From Felis catus (Eukaryota), in NCBI RefSeq assembly GCF_018350175.1, contig NC_058368.1, positions 161,574,001 through 161,638,000 on the forward strand: a stretch of DNA of 64,000 nucleotides, in the 5' to 3' direction. Shown here in pieces: positions 1-13,273 of this stretch (positions are counted from its first letter, which is position 1; every line of letters starts with the position of its first letter). The notes below the pieces were generated by a model. The model was not told where the DNA came from. It ran no database searches and was given only the letters and a program-made list of their open reading frames with translations. The position numbers were made by a program, and so were the translations under genes.

Positions 1-39
1 TGAGCATTTCAACATTTATTTTGTAAGTTCTCTTATACT

Positions 40-200
40 TACTGCAATGATTTGAATTAGGAAGTAGCAATTATCTCAGTTTTGCAAATAAGGAAGTTAT
101 CTTGGCCTTCAATTGAGGTCACACAATTAATTAGTGCAGAACTGAAACTAGAATACAAAATTTTAAAGGCCCTAAACTAAGGCTTTTCCATTAGCATATG
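40..200 (-). mobile_element. MIR SINE fragment
   Basis: Degenerate MIR core: attatctcagttttgcaaataaggaa...gaggtcacacaattaattagtgcagaactgaaactagaa. Confidence 0.55.
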
Positions 201-1091
201 TGGCTTCTTGTGCATTTATTAATATAGTAATTATAAAAATATATATTAAGTGCAGATATGTAAAAGTGACTTCTCTTGCTGGGGTTGGGGAAAGACTCTT
301 AGGTAATCTTAAAAGAGTCTTGTGGGTAAGGTATTTTGTTCAGATTAGAAAAAAAAGTATAATGTGTAAATTGAAACACATTAACCACATACCATAATCT
401 CAAATTAAACACATTATGTAGGTGGGAGAAATCCAGGGTAGTTGAAAAGGCAAGACAAAAATGGAACGGTAGGGAAACGTGGAAGACAATGTGCTCCTTC
501 AAAACTCCTGAACTTAACTTTCTTTTCCACATTGTCTCTGATCGCTGTAATTTGTGGTGACAAGGGTCAGCAAAAAACCATCAGAGATCACAGCACCAAG
601 GTGAAGTGATTCACCCTGCTTTTAAAATCTTAGTACAGAACTCTGAAATCTTCTAATTAAAGAACCAAGATAGGCATCTACTCGACCTTTACTTTGACAT
701 CTTTAAATTTAAAGCAATTCAACTCACTCCCACACTCAGGTTAATTTTCACTAGAAGAAATGATTTTGACAGTTTCAGCAAGTCAGGTTAAGCTCATATA
801 AGGAAAAAAGAGTAAAATGTTCTTCTTTTACTGATAGATGTATCCTCCCAACATAAGACTTTCTGAAAGTTCTAGGACTTGCCAGGATGTGCCAGAGCAT
901 AATGGGACCGAGAGGTTCAGGGTTAGGTGTGGAGTCAGAAGTATGTGGGTAGCCCATCCCCACCAAACCCTATCCATACTATGAATTGTCCATCTGATCT
1001 TGAGGTAAGTATTTAAATGTCTTGGAAATATGGTTCCTCCTTCTATAAATTGAAATAATGTTAGTACTTAAAATTTAGGGCTTTATGATGT

Positions 1092-1537
1092 TGGTAGTGG
1101 GCAGAATGGTGGCCTCCCAAAACACATGCTCTTGTGCTAATCCCCAGAATCTGTGATTGATACCTTATTTAGGACAAGGGTCTTATCAGATGTAATTTAC
1201 CTGAGGATCTTGAGATGAGATCACCCTGGAGTTTCTGGGTAGACTCTAAATCTAATGGCAAGTATCCTTATAAGAGACATACAGAGGAGACACACACAAT
1301 AGAGGAGCAGATTATGTGACAATGGAAAGACTGGAAGGATATGGTTACAAGCCAAGGAACACCATAAGCTGGAAGAGGCAAGGAGTGGATTCTGCCCTAG
1401 AACCTTTGGAAGGAGTAAGACCCTTCTGACAACTCAATGTTGGACTTCTCACCTCCAGAACTGTGAGAAAATAAATTTCTATTTTTAGTCAACTAGTTTA
1501 TTATAATTTGCTACAATAGCTACAGAGAACTAATGCA
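1092..1537 (+). mobile_element. MaLR solo LTR (MLT1C/D-like) inserted in a MIR
   Basis: tggtagtgggcagaatggtggcctccc...gaggatcttgagatgagatcaccctgga...cctccagaactgtgagaaaataaatttct...gaactaatgca; MIR pieces flank both sides (~985-1090 and 1538-1620). Confidence 0.85.
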
Positions 1538-1689
1538 ACATTAAATAAGATAATTGCAAAGAATGTACGTAGCGTATGACCTAGAACATAAATTTTTTTT
1601 GGTAAATGGAAGTCATTATGCAAAGCCTGGGAAGTTTATTGCACCTAGAACCATTGTCAAAGGATGTGTGTACTTGCAAGTTTCTTCCT

Positions 1690-1870
1690 ATTGAGCACTT
1701 TCTATGTGTCAAGTATATATTATATGGTTTCTCCATCTAGCTGTAACAAAAAGTAGATATTATGATTTCTTCTGACAGACAAGGAGACTGAGATTCAGAA
1801 AAATGAAATGGCTTGCCCAAGTTCTTATAAAAAGGAGGAGTATCAAGATTGAAACTCAGGCCTATCTATG
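1690..1870 (-). mobile_element. MIR SINE
   Basis: acagacaaggagactgagattcagaaaaatgaaatggcttgcccaag matches the MIR core. Confidence 0.75.
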
Positions 1871-2071
1871 GGAAAAAATGTTTATTCTCTTTTTTTCATG
1901 CTGCTTTTGCAAAATACAGTATGCAAGAGGAGTGGTGAGGGGATTTGAGGGAGATACTAAGCTAAGGCCAGCAGTTGTGTGTAATAAGTTTGTCAACCTT
2001 ACAGGTGGTGGCACAGTGGAAAAAATCAAGGAATGAAGCAACGGAATAGATAAAAATGAGAGTTAGAAAGG

Positions 2072-2318
2072 GACCATGTACCTTAATCCTACAATGATAA
2101 AGGGATAAATTTTGCTAACAACCTGAATAGGCATCGAAGTAAATTCCTCCCTAATCAAGCTTACTGATATGAATGTAGCCTTGTGAGACCCTGAATAGAG
2201 GACTCAGCTTGGCTGTGCCTGGACTCCTGACACATAGCAACTGTGAAAGAATAAATGTGTATAATTTCAAGTAGTAAATGTGTGGTTATTTATAACATAG
2301 CAATAGAAAACTGATACA
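2072..2318 (+). mobile_element. MaLR LTR 3' part (MLT1E/F-like)
   Basis: gccttgtgagaccctgaatagaggactcagc...aactgtgaaagaataaatgtgt...atagcaatagaaaactgataca. Confidence 0.8.
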
Positions 2319-2363
2319 GATCGCTCTCAAAAATCAATTTTTTTGTGTTTAAATATATGATTT

Positions 2364-2570
2364 GGAGGCACCTGTGTGGCTCAAGTTGGTCTGACTTTGG
2401 CCCAGGTCATGATATCACAGTTTGTGAGTTTGAGCCCTGTATTGGGCGCTGTGCTGACAGCTCAGAGCCTGGAGCCTGCTTCAGATTCTGTATCTCCCTC
2501 TCTTTCTGCCCCTTTCCTGCTCATGTTCTGTCTCTCGCTGTCTCTCAGAAATGAATAAACATTAAAAATA
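2364..2570 (+). mobile_element. Can-SINE (SINEC_Fc-type)
   Basis: tRNA-derived head ggcacctgtgtggctca, body gctgacagctcagagcctggagcctgcttcagattc, CT-rich tract, aataaa/A tail. Confidence 0.95.
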
Positions 2571-2789
2571 TATATATATTATTAATATGGAAAAAAATCA
2601 GCACAATGCTACAAACTAGTCTGAACCTTGCAGGATATACTGATAGTGCTGGACAGTTAGGTTTTGCCACTCTCTATTCTGTTCTCAGAAAATATTCATC
2701 CCCTGATTTCATGCCCCCACTATACATTTTCCACAAACTGAACATGTTATTAGCACCTTCAACTGTGAACCATGAAATATGATTGCCAC

Positions 2790-2940
2790 CCTTATACACA
2801 CATATGCATACACACATACATACACAAACTCATACAGGCACGTACATGAACACGCATGCCTATCTGAACACACACAGAGAGACATACATGAACTCAACAC
2901 ATTTCACTATATCTGCACACATACAACACATACACATGTA
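2790..2940. repeat. Degenerate (CA)/(CATA) simple repeat
   Basis: tacacacatatgcatacacacatacatacacaaac...; explains the His/Thr-rich spurious ORFs. Confidence 0.85.
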
Positions 2941-4344
2941 CTGTCATTGCAGCCTGATAACATGTGTTCTGTCTGTGTGAAAGCCATAGTTGGTCCTTAT
3001 TTTATTCCTGTTTCTCTTTAGTACTCAAAACACACTTATGGCCAAATGTACTCCTACAGTTGTATAGTAATGTACTTTTAACATTTTTATCACATAATAA
3101 AATATAGTAATGGTACTCTAATGTTCAACTGCTGCATTATTAATAGGAGAGGTTTTGCCTTTCCAGAAGCATCCTGAAATTGTTGTGATCCACAGTCATT
3201 ATAGCCCAATAAATATGATGTGGGTCAGATTGGAAATGCAAAGAATTTGGTGAACTCTGAATATATTAGGTGCACTTTGAACCATTTACTGCCACAATTG
3301 CAATGATGCTATTTCAAAAGAAGCATCTTATAGCTTGAAAGCAAATCTTTCTAACACCATAAATGGTTACCCTATCTTGCAGTGAAAATAACAGATTTAT
3401 TGGCAAAGGTTGTAACTTGTTAATTTCATATTTTAATTTTCCATACTCTGGTAGCTGAATACAGAATGGCATAGTTTGAGTATAGAGTAATGATTAAAAG
3501 TTCGGCATGTTAATGTGATCCAAATAGTCTTTTTTTATGGCTCAGATACATTAATTTGTCAAGATGGGATAAAAATCTTTCTTTTCTCTGGATGAAATTA
3601 ATATTTTGATATATTTTTAATATAATGGGCTAAAGTATTGCTGAGTAAAGATGATAAATTAATTTTGGTTTGCAAATATATTTTAAACAAATAATTCCTA
3701 GAGTAATGAAACACAAATATATACATAATATAAATAAAAATAATGCAAATAAACTAATAGTACAAAAACTTTCCTAATAAATACACAAAATAATGTAAAA
3801 GCAATCAGTCATTTATTAACAAATGATCAATTATTTTCAAGGATTATAAAAATAAGTTTTGTCATGGAAAAAATGAAATAGGCAACCTATCTAGAAAGTG
3901 TGTATCAGCATAATTCAAAAACCTGCAAAATACGTGTATCTTTGATCCAGTTATTCCAATTTTTTCACCTGTAACTGTAATTTCCAGAAGACAATGCAGC
4001 AAGTTTACAAAATCTTAAAAGCAGAAAAGAATGTGACAATTCTATCCAGTCAACTTAAAACATATTCATCATGATAATGTATTTTAAATAGGACATAATT
4101 TGACACATACTATATCATTCTTGACAAAGATATTTAGTTGGTAATATATATATGTTTAAATGTAAACACTCATGATGATACTTCTCTACATGATTTTATG
4201 ATTAGTTCAGTTCTACATTGTCCATTTTTTAAATTTTCCTTCATTTTTTAAGTAGAAATATAATACATATTCCTTGTAGAAAACTGAATATACAGTTACA
4301 AAGAGAAAAAAAATACAAAATAAAAAATAAAACTTGCTGTTTTA

Positions 4345-4581
4345 GGGGCACCTGGGTGGCCTAGTTGGTTAGGAGGCCAGCTCTTGGTTTCGGCTCAAGT
4401 CATAATCTCACAGTTCGTGAGTTGGAGGCCTGCATCTGTCTCTGTGCTGACAGTGCAGGACCTGTTTGGGAGTCTCTCTCTCCCTATCTCTCTTCCCTTC
4501 CCTTCCCTTCCCTTCCCTCTCCTTCCCTTCCCTTCCCTTCCCTCTATCTCTCTCAAAATAAATGAATAAAGTTTTTTAAAA
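4345..4581 (+). mobile_element. Can-SINE with (CCTTC)n expansion
   Basis: ggggcacctgggtggc head; TSD aaaacttgctgtttta (4329-4344) / aaaccttggtgtttta (4582-4597); pentamer run ~4493-4542. Confidence 0.95.
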
Positions 4582-4999
4582 AAACCTTGGTGTTTTAATT
4601 TTTAATGACTTTTGCACTGTAAAATTCATAAATATTGTTTCTACTGCTTTGGAAATATTTTCTTTTAAATTCTAACCTTGGGTATGTTATATCAAAAATG
4701 ACTCCTGTGTATTTTTAAATAGCATTGTATAGAGTCTCTTTAGGTAGAAAACATTTTGAAATCCTGATTCTTGGCCTGTTCAGATATATTTGACTAATGA
4801 ATGAATATAGACATTTTAAGCTATGATTTAATGATTTTTTGAAACTTTACAAAGGATTATAACTTGGCTAGTATTTCATGATAGATTAAAAGAAGAGTGA
4901 TATTTTTTCTGAATTTTAGTTTTTTCTCATCTCTGAACTATTGTTAATATTAGACTTATTGGAAGAGACTTTGAAAATTCCATTCAAAATTAACCTTGA

Positions 5000-6318
5000 T
5001 TGATTAATCTTCAACAAAAGAGGCAAGAATATGCAATGGGAAAAAGACAGTTTCTTCAACAAATGGGGTTGGGAAAACTGGACAGCTACATGCTAAAGGA
5101 TGAAACTGAACCACTTTCTTACACCATACACAAAAGTAAACTCAAAATGGATTAAGGACCTAATTGTGAGACCTGAAACCATACAAATCTTTGAACAGAG
5201 AACAGGCAGTAATTTCTCTGACATTGGCTGTAGCAACATTTTTCTCCACATGTCTCCTGAGGCAAGGGAAATAAAAGCAACAATAAACTATTGGGACTTC
5301 ATCAAAATAAAAATTTATGCACATCAAAGGAAACAACCAACAAAATAAAAAGACAATCAATTGAATGGGAGAAGATATTTGCAAGTGACATATCCAATCA
5401 AGGGTTAGTATCCAAAATATATAAGGAACTTATCAAACTCAACACCCAAAAAGCAAATAACCCAATTTAAAAATGGGCAGAAGACATAAACAAACATTTC
5501 TCCAAAGAAGACATACAGTGGGACAACAGACACATGAAAAGATGTTCAACATCACTCATCATCAAGGAAATGCAAATCAAAACCACAGGGAGATATCACC
5601 TCACACCTGTTAGAATGGCTAAAATCAAAACCACAAGAAACAAGTGTTGGTGAGGATGTGGAGAAAAAGGAACCCTCTTGCACTGTTGGTGAAAATGCAA
5701 ACTGGTGCCACCACTGTGGAAAACAGTATGGAAGTTCCTCAGAAAATTAAAAACATAACTACTCTATGACCCAGTAATCGCATTCGTGGTATTTACCCAA
5801 ATAATATGAAAACACTAATTTGAAAAGATGCATGCACTCCCACGTTTATTGCAGCATTATTTATAATATTCAAATTATGGAAGCAGCCCAAGTGTCCATT
5901 AATAGATGAATGGATAAAGAAATGTGATACACACAAACATTGGAATTTTATCCAGCCATAAAAAGAATGAAATCTTGCCATTTGCCACAACATGAATGGA
6001 GCTAGAGAGCATAATGCTAAGTGAAATAAGTCAGTCAGAGAAAGACGAATACCATATGATTTCAATCATATGTGGAATTTAAGAAACAAAATAAATGAGC
6101 AAAGAAAAAAAAAGAGACGGACAAACTAAAAAATTGACTCTTAACTATAGAAAACAAACACATGGTTACCAGAGAGGAGGTGGATAGGGGGATGAGTGAA
6201 ATAGGTAAAGAGGAAGGATTAAGAGTATACGATGAACACTGAGTAACATATAGAATTGTTAAAATGCTATATTGTACACCTGAAACTAATATGACACTAT
6301 ATGTTAACTTCATTGGAT
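5000..6318 (+). mobile_element. LINE-1 3' fragment (carnivore L1; ORF2 C-terminus and 3'UTR)
   Basis: ORF 5100-5348 [21 protein letters not shown] is L1 ORF2p; 3'UTR ends gtacacctgaaactaatatgacactatatgttaact; no poly(A) seen. Confidence 0.95.
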
Positions 6319-6429
6319 TGACCTTGAGAGGTTTCCAGTGTAAAATTCATTCCTCTTCCTCCCTTCCTCTCTTCTGTTTACTTCCTCCATTCCCTTTCCT
6401 CTCTTTCCTTCCATCTTCCTTTTTTTTAA

Positions 6430-6870
6430 ACATTCAACCAGTATGTATTTGACATATACCATGTGCCAAACACTGTGGTAGACATAAGAGATATAATTGT
6501 GAGTAATATAGCTATGTATCTGTCCTCCCAAAACTTAGAATCAAGAAGTTGAAATACTTCAAACAAATATTTAAATAAATTATGATAAGTGATACAGTAA
6601 ACAAAGGACATAGTCTTAGGGAAATGTCCAGCAGCAGCACCTAAAACATTGGAGGCAAGGAGTTTTGCTTAGGGAAGAGTTTCTAGATGAAATGGCAGCT
6701 GGTCTAAGACCTAATCCTTAAATATTAGGCAGGTAGTATTTCTACTATACAAGAATGGAGGCAGTTATTTATCTACTTCTGTTGATTATTGGATCCTCTT
6801 TGTATGTCTGGTACCCACCATAGTACCTGGCATACAGATGGTGTTTAATAAATGTTTGATTAATTAATGT
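6430..6870. mobile_element. L2 3'-end fragments (one minus ~6430-6720, one plus ~6790-6870)
   Basis: cattcaaccagtatgtatttgacatataccatgtgccaaacactgtg; catagtacctggcatacagatggtgtttaataaatgtttg. Confidence 0.7.
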
Positions 6871-8934
6871 AGGATGTATCAATAAATTAATATTATATTG
6901 GTGAAATATAATTTTATACATCAATTTGTAAATTAAACAATTAAAAAATAACATGGATGTCAATAAATATTAATACTTCTATATTTTCACTGCTAATCTT
7001 AGTTCTCTATTTCTTTTTTTTTACTTTGTTGTATTTCTCTTCTTTTTATTCATTTTTAATGTTTTTACCTATTAGTCAACTCAAATCAGTATACATTTGA
7101 TTTTAACCTCTTGCCAATATAACTTATTAAAACTTCAATACTCATTCAAAGTTTAATGACTTATTTTTGGTTATAATCTTACAAACAATATGAATTTATA
7201 TCTTCTGAGTTAATAGATGCCACTTACTTTTGCTTTCAGGGAAGTAAAAGTCAGCAAAAAGAGACAAAGAAACTGCCAAAAATGTTTGGAGTATTAAATA
7301 ATTACCTTGAGTATTGTTTTTAAATACCTGAATATTAAGTTCTGCATGCATATGGAACATACACAAATTTATGCTGCTTTCAGTAGACACCATTTAATTA
7401 AAGAAGAATGAAAATGATTTAAACACTTATTCAAAATTCATTTGGTAATTTGAGGATATAATACACATGAAGTCACTAGAGTCATAAATTCATAAATAAA
7501 AAAGTACATTAGAAAACAGCAATGCTAATTTAATATAAAACACCAAGTCAATGGGGCATCTCAAAATGCCATTCAAAGTTGAAATATAGTTAAGAAAATA
7601 AGCTTTAAGATCTCATTAGGAACTGAGTCCAACAAATCTCATGGATTTTTCAATGCTTAGGGTGAATATTGAAAATTTGTTTATTTATTGTTCAAATTGG
7701 TCTTTGGTATCTTATTTCTTGTTATTACTTATTCTCAATTATATGAGAATTTAAATGCAGGGAAAGGAATGCCAAGTTGGAAGTGGGTCATAATTTCATA
7801 AACATTATCATACACTGCTTTTGAAAACCAAGAAGTCTTTGAGAACCTCAGAGGCAAAAATCAATAGTGTATATCAAAATTTGAATAGGAAGAAATGTAA
7901 TTTACTTTGCCCCAAAAATCAAGCCTGATTTTTCAAGAGAAATAAATTTATTTTTGGAAATACCAAATATTTAACACTCACACATACAAAAAATATATGG
8001 GACATCATATTTTAGAAAATCAAAATATGTCTTAAATCATAGCTTTCTTTTAACAAATTGTTTGATCATAATAGGACTTTTTAGGAAGGGTTTTATCTTG
8101 AATTTATGAGGTTTACCAATTCTTATTTTACTGCTATTGTAATTGAAATGAGATACTGAACTATGATAGCTCAAATTAGAGGACATGAGTTAATACCTTA
8201 CCTAGAAATAGTGTATTTAATACAAAGTAGAAGTACTCTGATAAATCAGTTTTCCTAATACTCTTAACTCATTTGTATCATTTGGTGAAATTCACAGAAC
8301 ATGATAACTTGAGTAAACGTGGAAAGGGGATGGAAATATACATAGATGCATATTACAATCTAAAAAAAATCCTTTTTTTACCTAAAATATGCACAGCTTT
8401 AAGTATGCTTTCCACATGTGGAAAAGGGTGTTTAGTGTGGAGAAAAATCAGAAAAGGTGATAAAGAAAACAGTCATCAGGAGGTTATATTGGGATAATAC
8501 CTCAGATCATTCGCTATCAAATATATTTTCACAATTTCTCTCCGGAGTTAGAAATGAGGTTCTATGCTCTTAGTGCATGGATATTTCCAATATAGTAATT
8601 TGGAGTCATAGCACATCCATCAAAGAACAGGGGATAGTTAAGTAATCCCATGGTTTAGAATCTGTACTGATGGAAGAAGAGAGGGACAGGAGGAAGAAAG
8701 ATTAAAACATTCTAATTGATCTGATGCCATGTAGTCCATTTATCCCTACATAGAAAATGTAAGGGAAATCGGGCTTTTGTTGTTTTACTTGGATGGAGGC
8801 ATAGAAAACTAAGGAAATTTTAGTTTATAATTTTTGTTCAATTATAAAAAAGATTACCATGTGTTATTTTGGTCATTTGCTATTTAAATGGTGGTGTACG
8901 TGTTTCACTTAGTAATATTAAAAAGCCACTTTCT

Positions 8935-10283
8935 TGAGTGTCCAGTGAAAAAAAGACAGTCTCTTTAGCAAATGGTGCTGGGAGAACTGGACAGCAACAT
9001 GTAAAGAATGAAACTAGACCACTTTCTTACACCATACACAAAAATAAACTCAAAATGGATGAAAGACCTAAATGTGAGACAGGAAACCATCGAAACCCTA
9101 GAGGAGAAAGCAGGTAACAACCTTTTTGACCTCAGCTGCAGCAATTTCTTGCTCAACACATCTCCAAAGGCAAGGGAATTAAAAGCAAAAATAAACTATT
9201 GGGACCTCATCAAGAGAAAAAGCTTGTGCACTGCAAAGGAAACAATAAAACTAAAAGGCAAATGACAGAATGGGAAAAGATATTTGCAAATGACATATCA
9301 GATAAAGGGTTAGTATCCAAATTTTGTGAAGAACTTTCCAAACTCAACACCCGAAAAACAAAAAATCCAGTGAAGAAATGGGCAGAACACATGAATAGAC
9401 ACTTTTCCAAAGAAGACATCCAGATGGCTAACTGACACATGAAAAGATGCTCAATGTCACTCATCATCAGGGAAATACAAATCAAAATGACTCTGAGATA
9501 CCACCTCACACCAGTCAGAGTGGCTAAAATTAACAACTCAGGAAACAACAGATGCCAGCGAGGATGTGGAGAAATGGGAACCTTCTTACACTGTTGGTGG
9601 GAATGCAAACTGGTGTAGCTGCTCTCAAAAACAGTGTGGAGGTTCCTCAAAAATTAAAAATAGAACTACCCTACAACCAAGCAATAGCACTACTAGGAAT
9701 TTATCCAAAGGATACAGGAGTGCTGATTCATAGGGGCACATGTACCCCAATGTTTATAGCAGTGCTTTCAACAATAGCTAAATTATGGAAAGAGTCCAAA
9801 TGTCCATCAACTGATGAATGGATAAAGAAGATGTGGTTTATATGTACAATGAAATACTACTTGGCAATGAGAAAGAATGAAAGCCTGCCATTTGCAGCAG
9901 CGTGGATGGAACTAGAAGGTATTATGCTAAGTGAAATCAGAGAAAGACAGATATCATATGTTTTCACTCATATGTGGATCTTGAGAAACTTAACAGAGGA
10001 CCATGGGGAAAAAGAATAGCTACAAACGGAGAGGGAGGGAGGCAAACCATAAGAGACTCTTAAATACAGAGAAGAAACTGAGGGTTGATGGTGGCGGGGT
10101 GGGGGGAGAGGGGAAAATGGGTGATAGGCATTGAGGAGGGTACTTATTGGGATGAGCACTGGGTGTTATATGTAAGCGATTAACCACTGGAATCTACTTC
10201 CAAAACCATGAGCACGCTTTGCACACTGTATGTTAGCCAATTTGACAATAAATTATATTAAAAAAATAAAAATAAAAATAAAT
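8935..10283 (+). mobile_element. 5'-truncated felid LINE-1 (L1_Fc-like) with TSD
   Basis: ORF2p C-terminal peptides ([36 protein letters not shown]); A-rich tail; TSD aaaaagccactttct (8920-8934) / aaaaagctactttct (10284-10298) at a TT/AAAA site. Confidence 0.97.
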
Positions 10284-11181
10284 AAAAAGCTACTTTCTCT
10301 ACATGTATTATAACCTTGAACTTGAAGATTGAGGAAGTTTGACCTACCACCATTTGGGTTGGCATAACTGTGGCCAAACACTAGTTATAGGTAAAATACT
10401 GAAAAATAGAAAGTGAACTTTCATTTTCCAATCTCCTTTCAATCTCCAAGTTCTACACAATAAAATGTATCCCTAAGGCATGATAGGAAAAGCAACAACT
10501 TATTCTTCAGATATAAAGAGAAGACTTGCTATTTGGAGATTTCAGTGTAGCTCCTTTCATAATAATTTAATGCACTTACAACAAATTGAAGTAATTAGAT
10601 TTTAAGACTTTAATTTGTCAGCCGTAGCAATTTATAATTCTTAGTAGCAAGGTTCCAGTCATTGATATCTATCAATGTATCCTTTTGGTATCAGGGGAAG
10701 GGGCTGATGTTCCTGGTAAGAGTAATTTTTCATAATGGAGAGATCAAATTACAAAGATAACCTTGAATTAAAGGTGCTTCAGCAAGAGAGTGGAACTGAT
10801 GTCCCCATAAAAGGACATGGTATGCAATTGCACTGGTCATACTTTTGTTGAACAATTGGTTAGCTTTATAGTTTTGGAAAAAGAGATAATTAGCAATTTC
10901 ATTTTGGTGAACCAAATTTGGTCCTGAATTCACTACTTTACTTTGTAGTTGTAGACTTGACCCAAGCGAATTAAACATTTTATCTAATAAATAAAAAAAG
11001 TAAGTCAGGTGTATCTTTGAATATAGCTAATGAACTAATATTCTCACAAATTTTTAAAGATTAAATTTTACTGTAATTTAGCTTTTGATAGTTGTGAGCT
11101 GTTACAAACTTCTCCCCATTTTTCTGACACATGGAATATCCATCAGTGAAATATAGCCATTGTCTTATATTGAAGTATGAT

Positions 11182-11295
11182 TAGGGTGACATACAATCTA
11201 TCGTCCTACCTAGAAGTTTGGAAGTAAAAAAGGTGCTCTTAATAATTATACTAGGATATCAGACATGAGCCCAAGGCATCTTGGGCCCATAATTA
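11182..11295 (+). mobile_element. MER94-like hAT MITE
   Basis: tagggtgacatacaatctatcgtcc...aaaaaaggtgctcttaataattatactagga resembles MER94. Confidence 0.6.
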
Positions 11296-11462
11296 GAGGC
11301 ATCATGATTATGACAGACCTGTTTTCTGTGAAAATATTTTATGGTAGAGTAGAGATAATCAAAATTTTGATGTGACTGTGAGGTTAGTTTCATTTTGGCT
11401 TTTGAATGAAACTCAATTTATGAAATAAATAGCATCTTGAAGAAATGTTCCCAGTTTTCTTT

Positions 11463-11664
11463 GTGTGTGTTTTTGATGTTTTATTTTATTTTTGAGAGAG
11501 AGCACATGCAAGTGGGGGAGGGGCAGAGAGAGAGGGGGACAGAATCCCAAGTGGGCTCCGTGCTGACAGCAGTGAGCCCCACGTGGGGCTCAAACTCACG
11601 AACTCTGAGATCATGACCAGAGCCAAAGTTAGACAGTCAACTGACTGAGCCACCCAGGTGCCCC
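11463..11664 (-). mobile_element. Can-SINE
   Basis: T-rich tail, gagagag tract, ends ctgagccacccaggtgcccc. Confidence 0.95.
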
Positions 11665-11831
11665 AAAATATTCCTGGGTTTTAACTTATGAACGTCATAT
11701 TTGTTAAGTGTAAATCTCAATTTTTGAAGCTCATTCCAGTTTTTTATTTAAAAACCTTAAAAATTTAATTATTGACTGTATATTGAGATTGTAGATACTA
11801 CTATTTATTTTATTTTGAATATCCAATAAAG

Positions 11832-11867
11832 AATATTGCCAACAAATGCAATATTGCCAACAAATGC
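11832..11867. repeat. Perfect 18-bp tandem duplication
   Basis: aatattgccaacaaatgc x2. Confidence 0.95.
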
Positions 11868-13107
11868 ATCATTTGGAATATGAGTTGGTGATTTTGAGTA
11901 GTATTGAATGTTATCATTTAACTGTATTAGTTAAATTGTGTAGAATTTTTTTGGCATAGGTTTATAATAAACCAATATATACATTCTGCATTTATATAAC
12001 AATTTATGTCAAGTCGCTTGAGATTTTTAATGGAGTTATGCTTTAAAAGAAACAATATCTTGCTGTCTAGTCAGTTTTTCTCCAGAAAGGATGATAAAGT
12101 TACTAATTACAGAGATAAAGCTAAAAAATTTACACTTGTTAGACAATGTTAAAATCTGCTTTTATCTACTAATGCACTAATACATGAGGGAATTCAAATG
12201 CCAGTTTTACTATTTAGGAAACAACCTTACATCTTGAAATTATACACTTTAGCTACTTCTCTATTATCATTGAACTTAAAACGCTGTGAGGATTTTCTTC
12301 TACTTTTACAGATGTCTTGATTTGACAGCATCACTAAGACATGCATTTTCTAAGGCAAGCTTGCACAGTACCTTTTCCAGTCCCTATAGATTATAGCATA
12401 CTCCAGGATACATTAGGGACTCCTTCCTTTGAATACAGCGGTGATTCTATACTCAACATGCTTTGTGGAATGCATAATCCTTCTTGTCTTGCAAGTTGCT
12501 CTGACCCTCTATAAAATTCTACCAGAATGGTATTCAGGGAGTTAACTTGACTTTGCAGACTTACCTAAAAAAAAGAGGAGGTTGGAGGTTCTGTGTTATT
12601 ATTCTCCTAAGCAAAATGGAGTTTTGACTTAGCTTTCGATTCCATATGGTGCCTTGTACATGCAAAACTCTTTATAAATATAATGTGGACTGGAAAGGGC
12701 ATATTTTTTAATGTCCTACCTCTTGAACCAAATTTCAAATTCTGAGAGAAATCACTTGACTAGAACTGAATGGAATTCTTCAGTAACTGTTGGCCATTTT
12801 ATAATTATTTTTCTCGTTTTTCAGCTTAACTTCAAGTTCTTCTGTGTAATTGTCTAATCAATTTTAATGCAGAAAGACTTCTAGACAGACATTCACAGGT
12901 GAAATCTAGATCTCCAAAATCACAGTTATCAAAATGGACTAATTAAAAGTTCCCCCCTTGTCTTTTTTTGTCTCCAGGTGACATGCTAATCAATTGGAAA
13001 GATCAAAGAGCAGGAACAGGGATTTTTTTTTTAAAGAGGAGATTCTGATAATCACAAAATATTGAATAGTTTATTGTTTAACATTATATTTGAAAATCTA
13101 AAAGAAG

Positions 13108-13195
13108 AGTACACCTGAAACTAATATTACACTGTATGCTAACTAAGTTGAATTTAAATAAAACCCTAAAGACTAAATAAATATCCAACATGAAA
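13108..13195 (+). mobile_element. Carnivore L1 extreme 3' tip
   Basis: gtacacctgaaactaatattacactgtatgctaactaagttgaatttaaataaaa; possible TSD aaaatctaaaa. Confidence 0.75.
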
Positions 13196-13273
13196 AAAAT
13201 CTAAAAAAAGGCAAAAGTCAAATTCTCAAAAATATTACTTAAAAGCTAATTAATATCAAAAATATAAGAACCA

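Noticed and set aside
2345..2558. Recurrent 60-116 aa ORFs such as MAQ...VMISQFVSLSP, and tRNA-like heads
   Set aside because: These are Can-SINE read-through ORFs and tRNA-derived SINE heads, not genes or tRNAs.
10730..10983. 82-aa minus-strand ORF behind an acceptor-like ttttttatttattag
   Set aside because: No recognisable protein family, a weak donor, and the frame that would join the 12372 exon has multiple stops.
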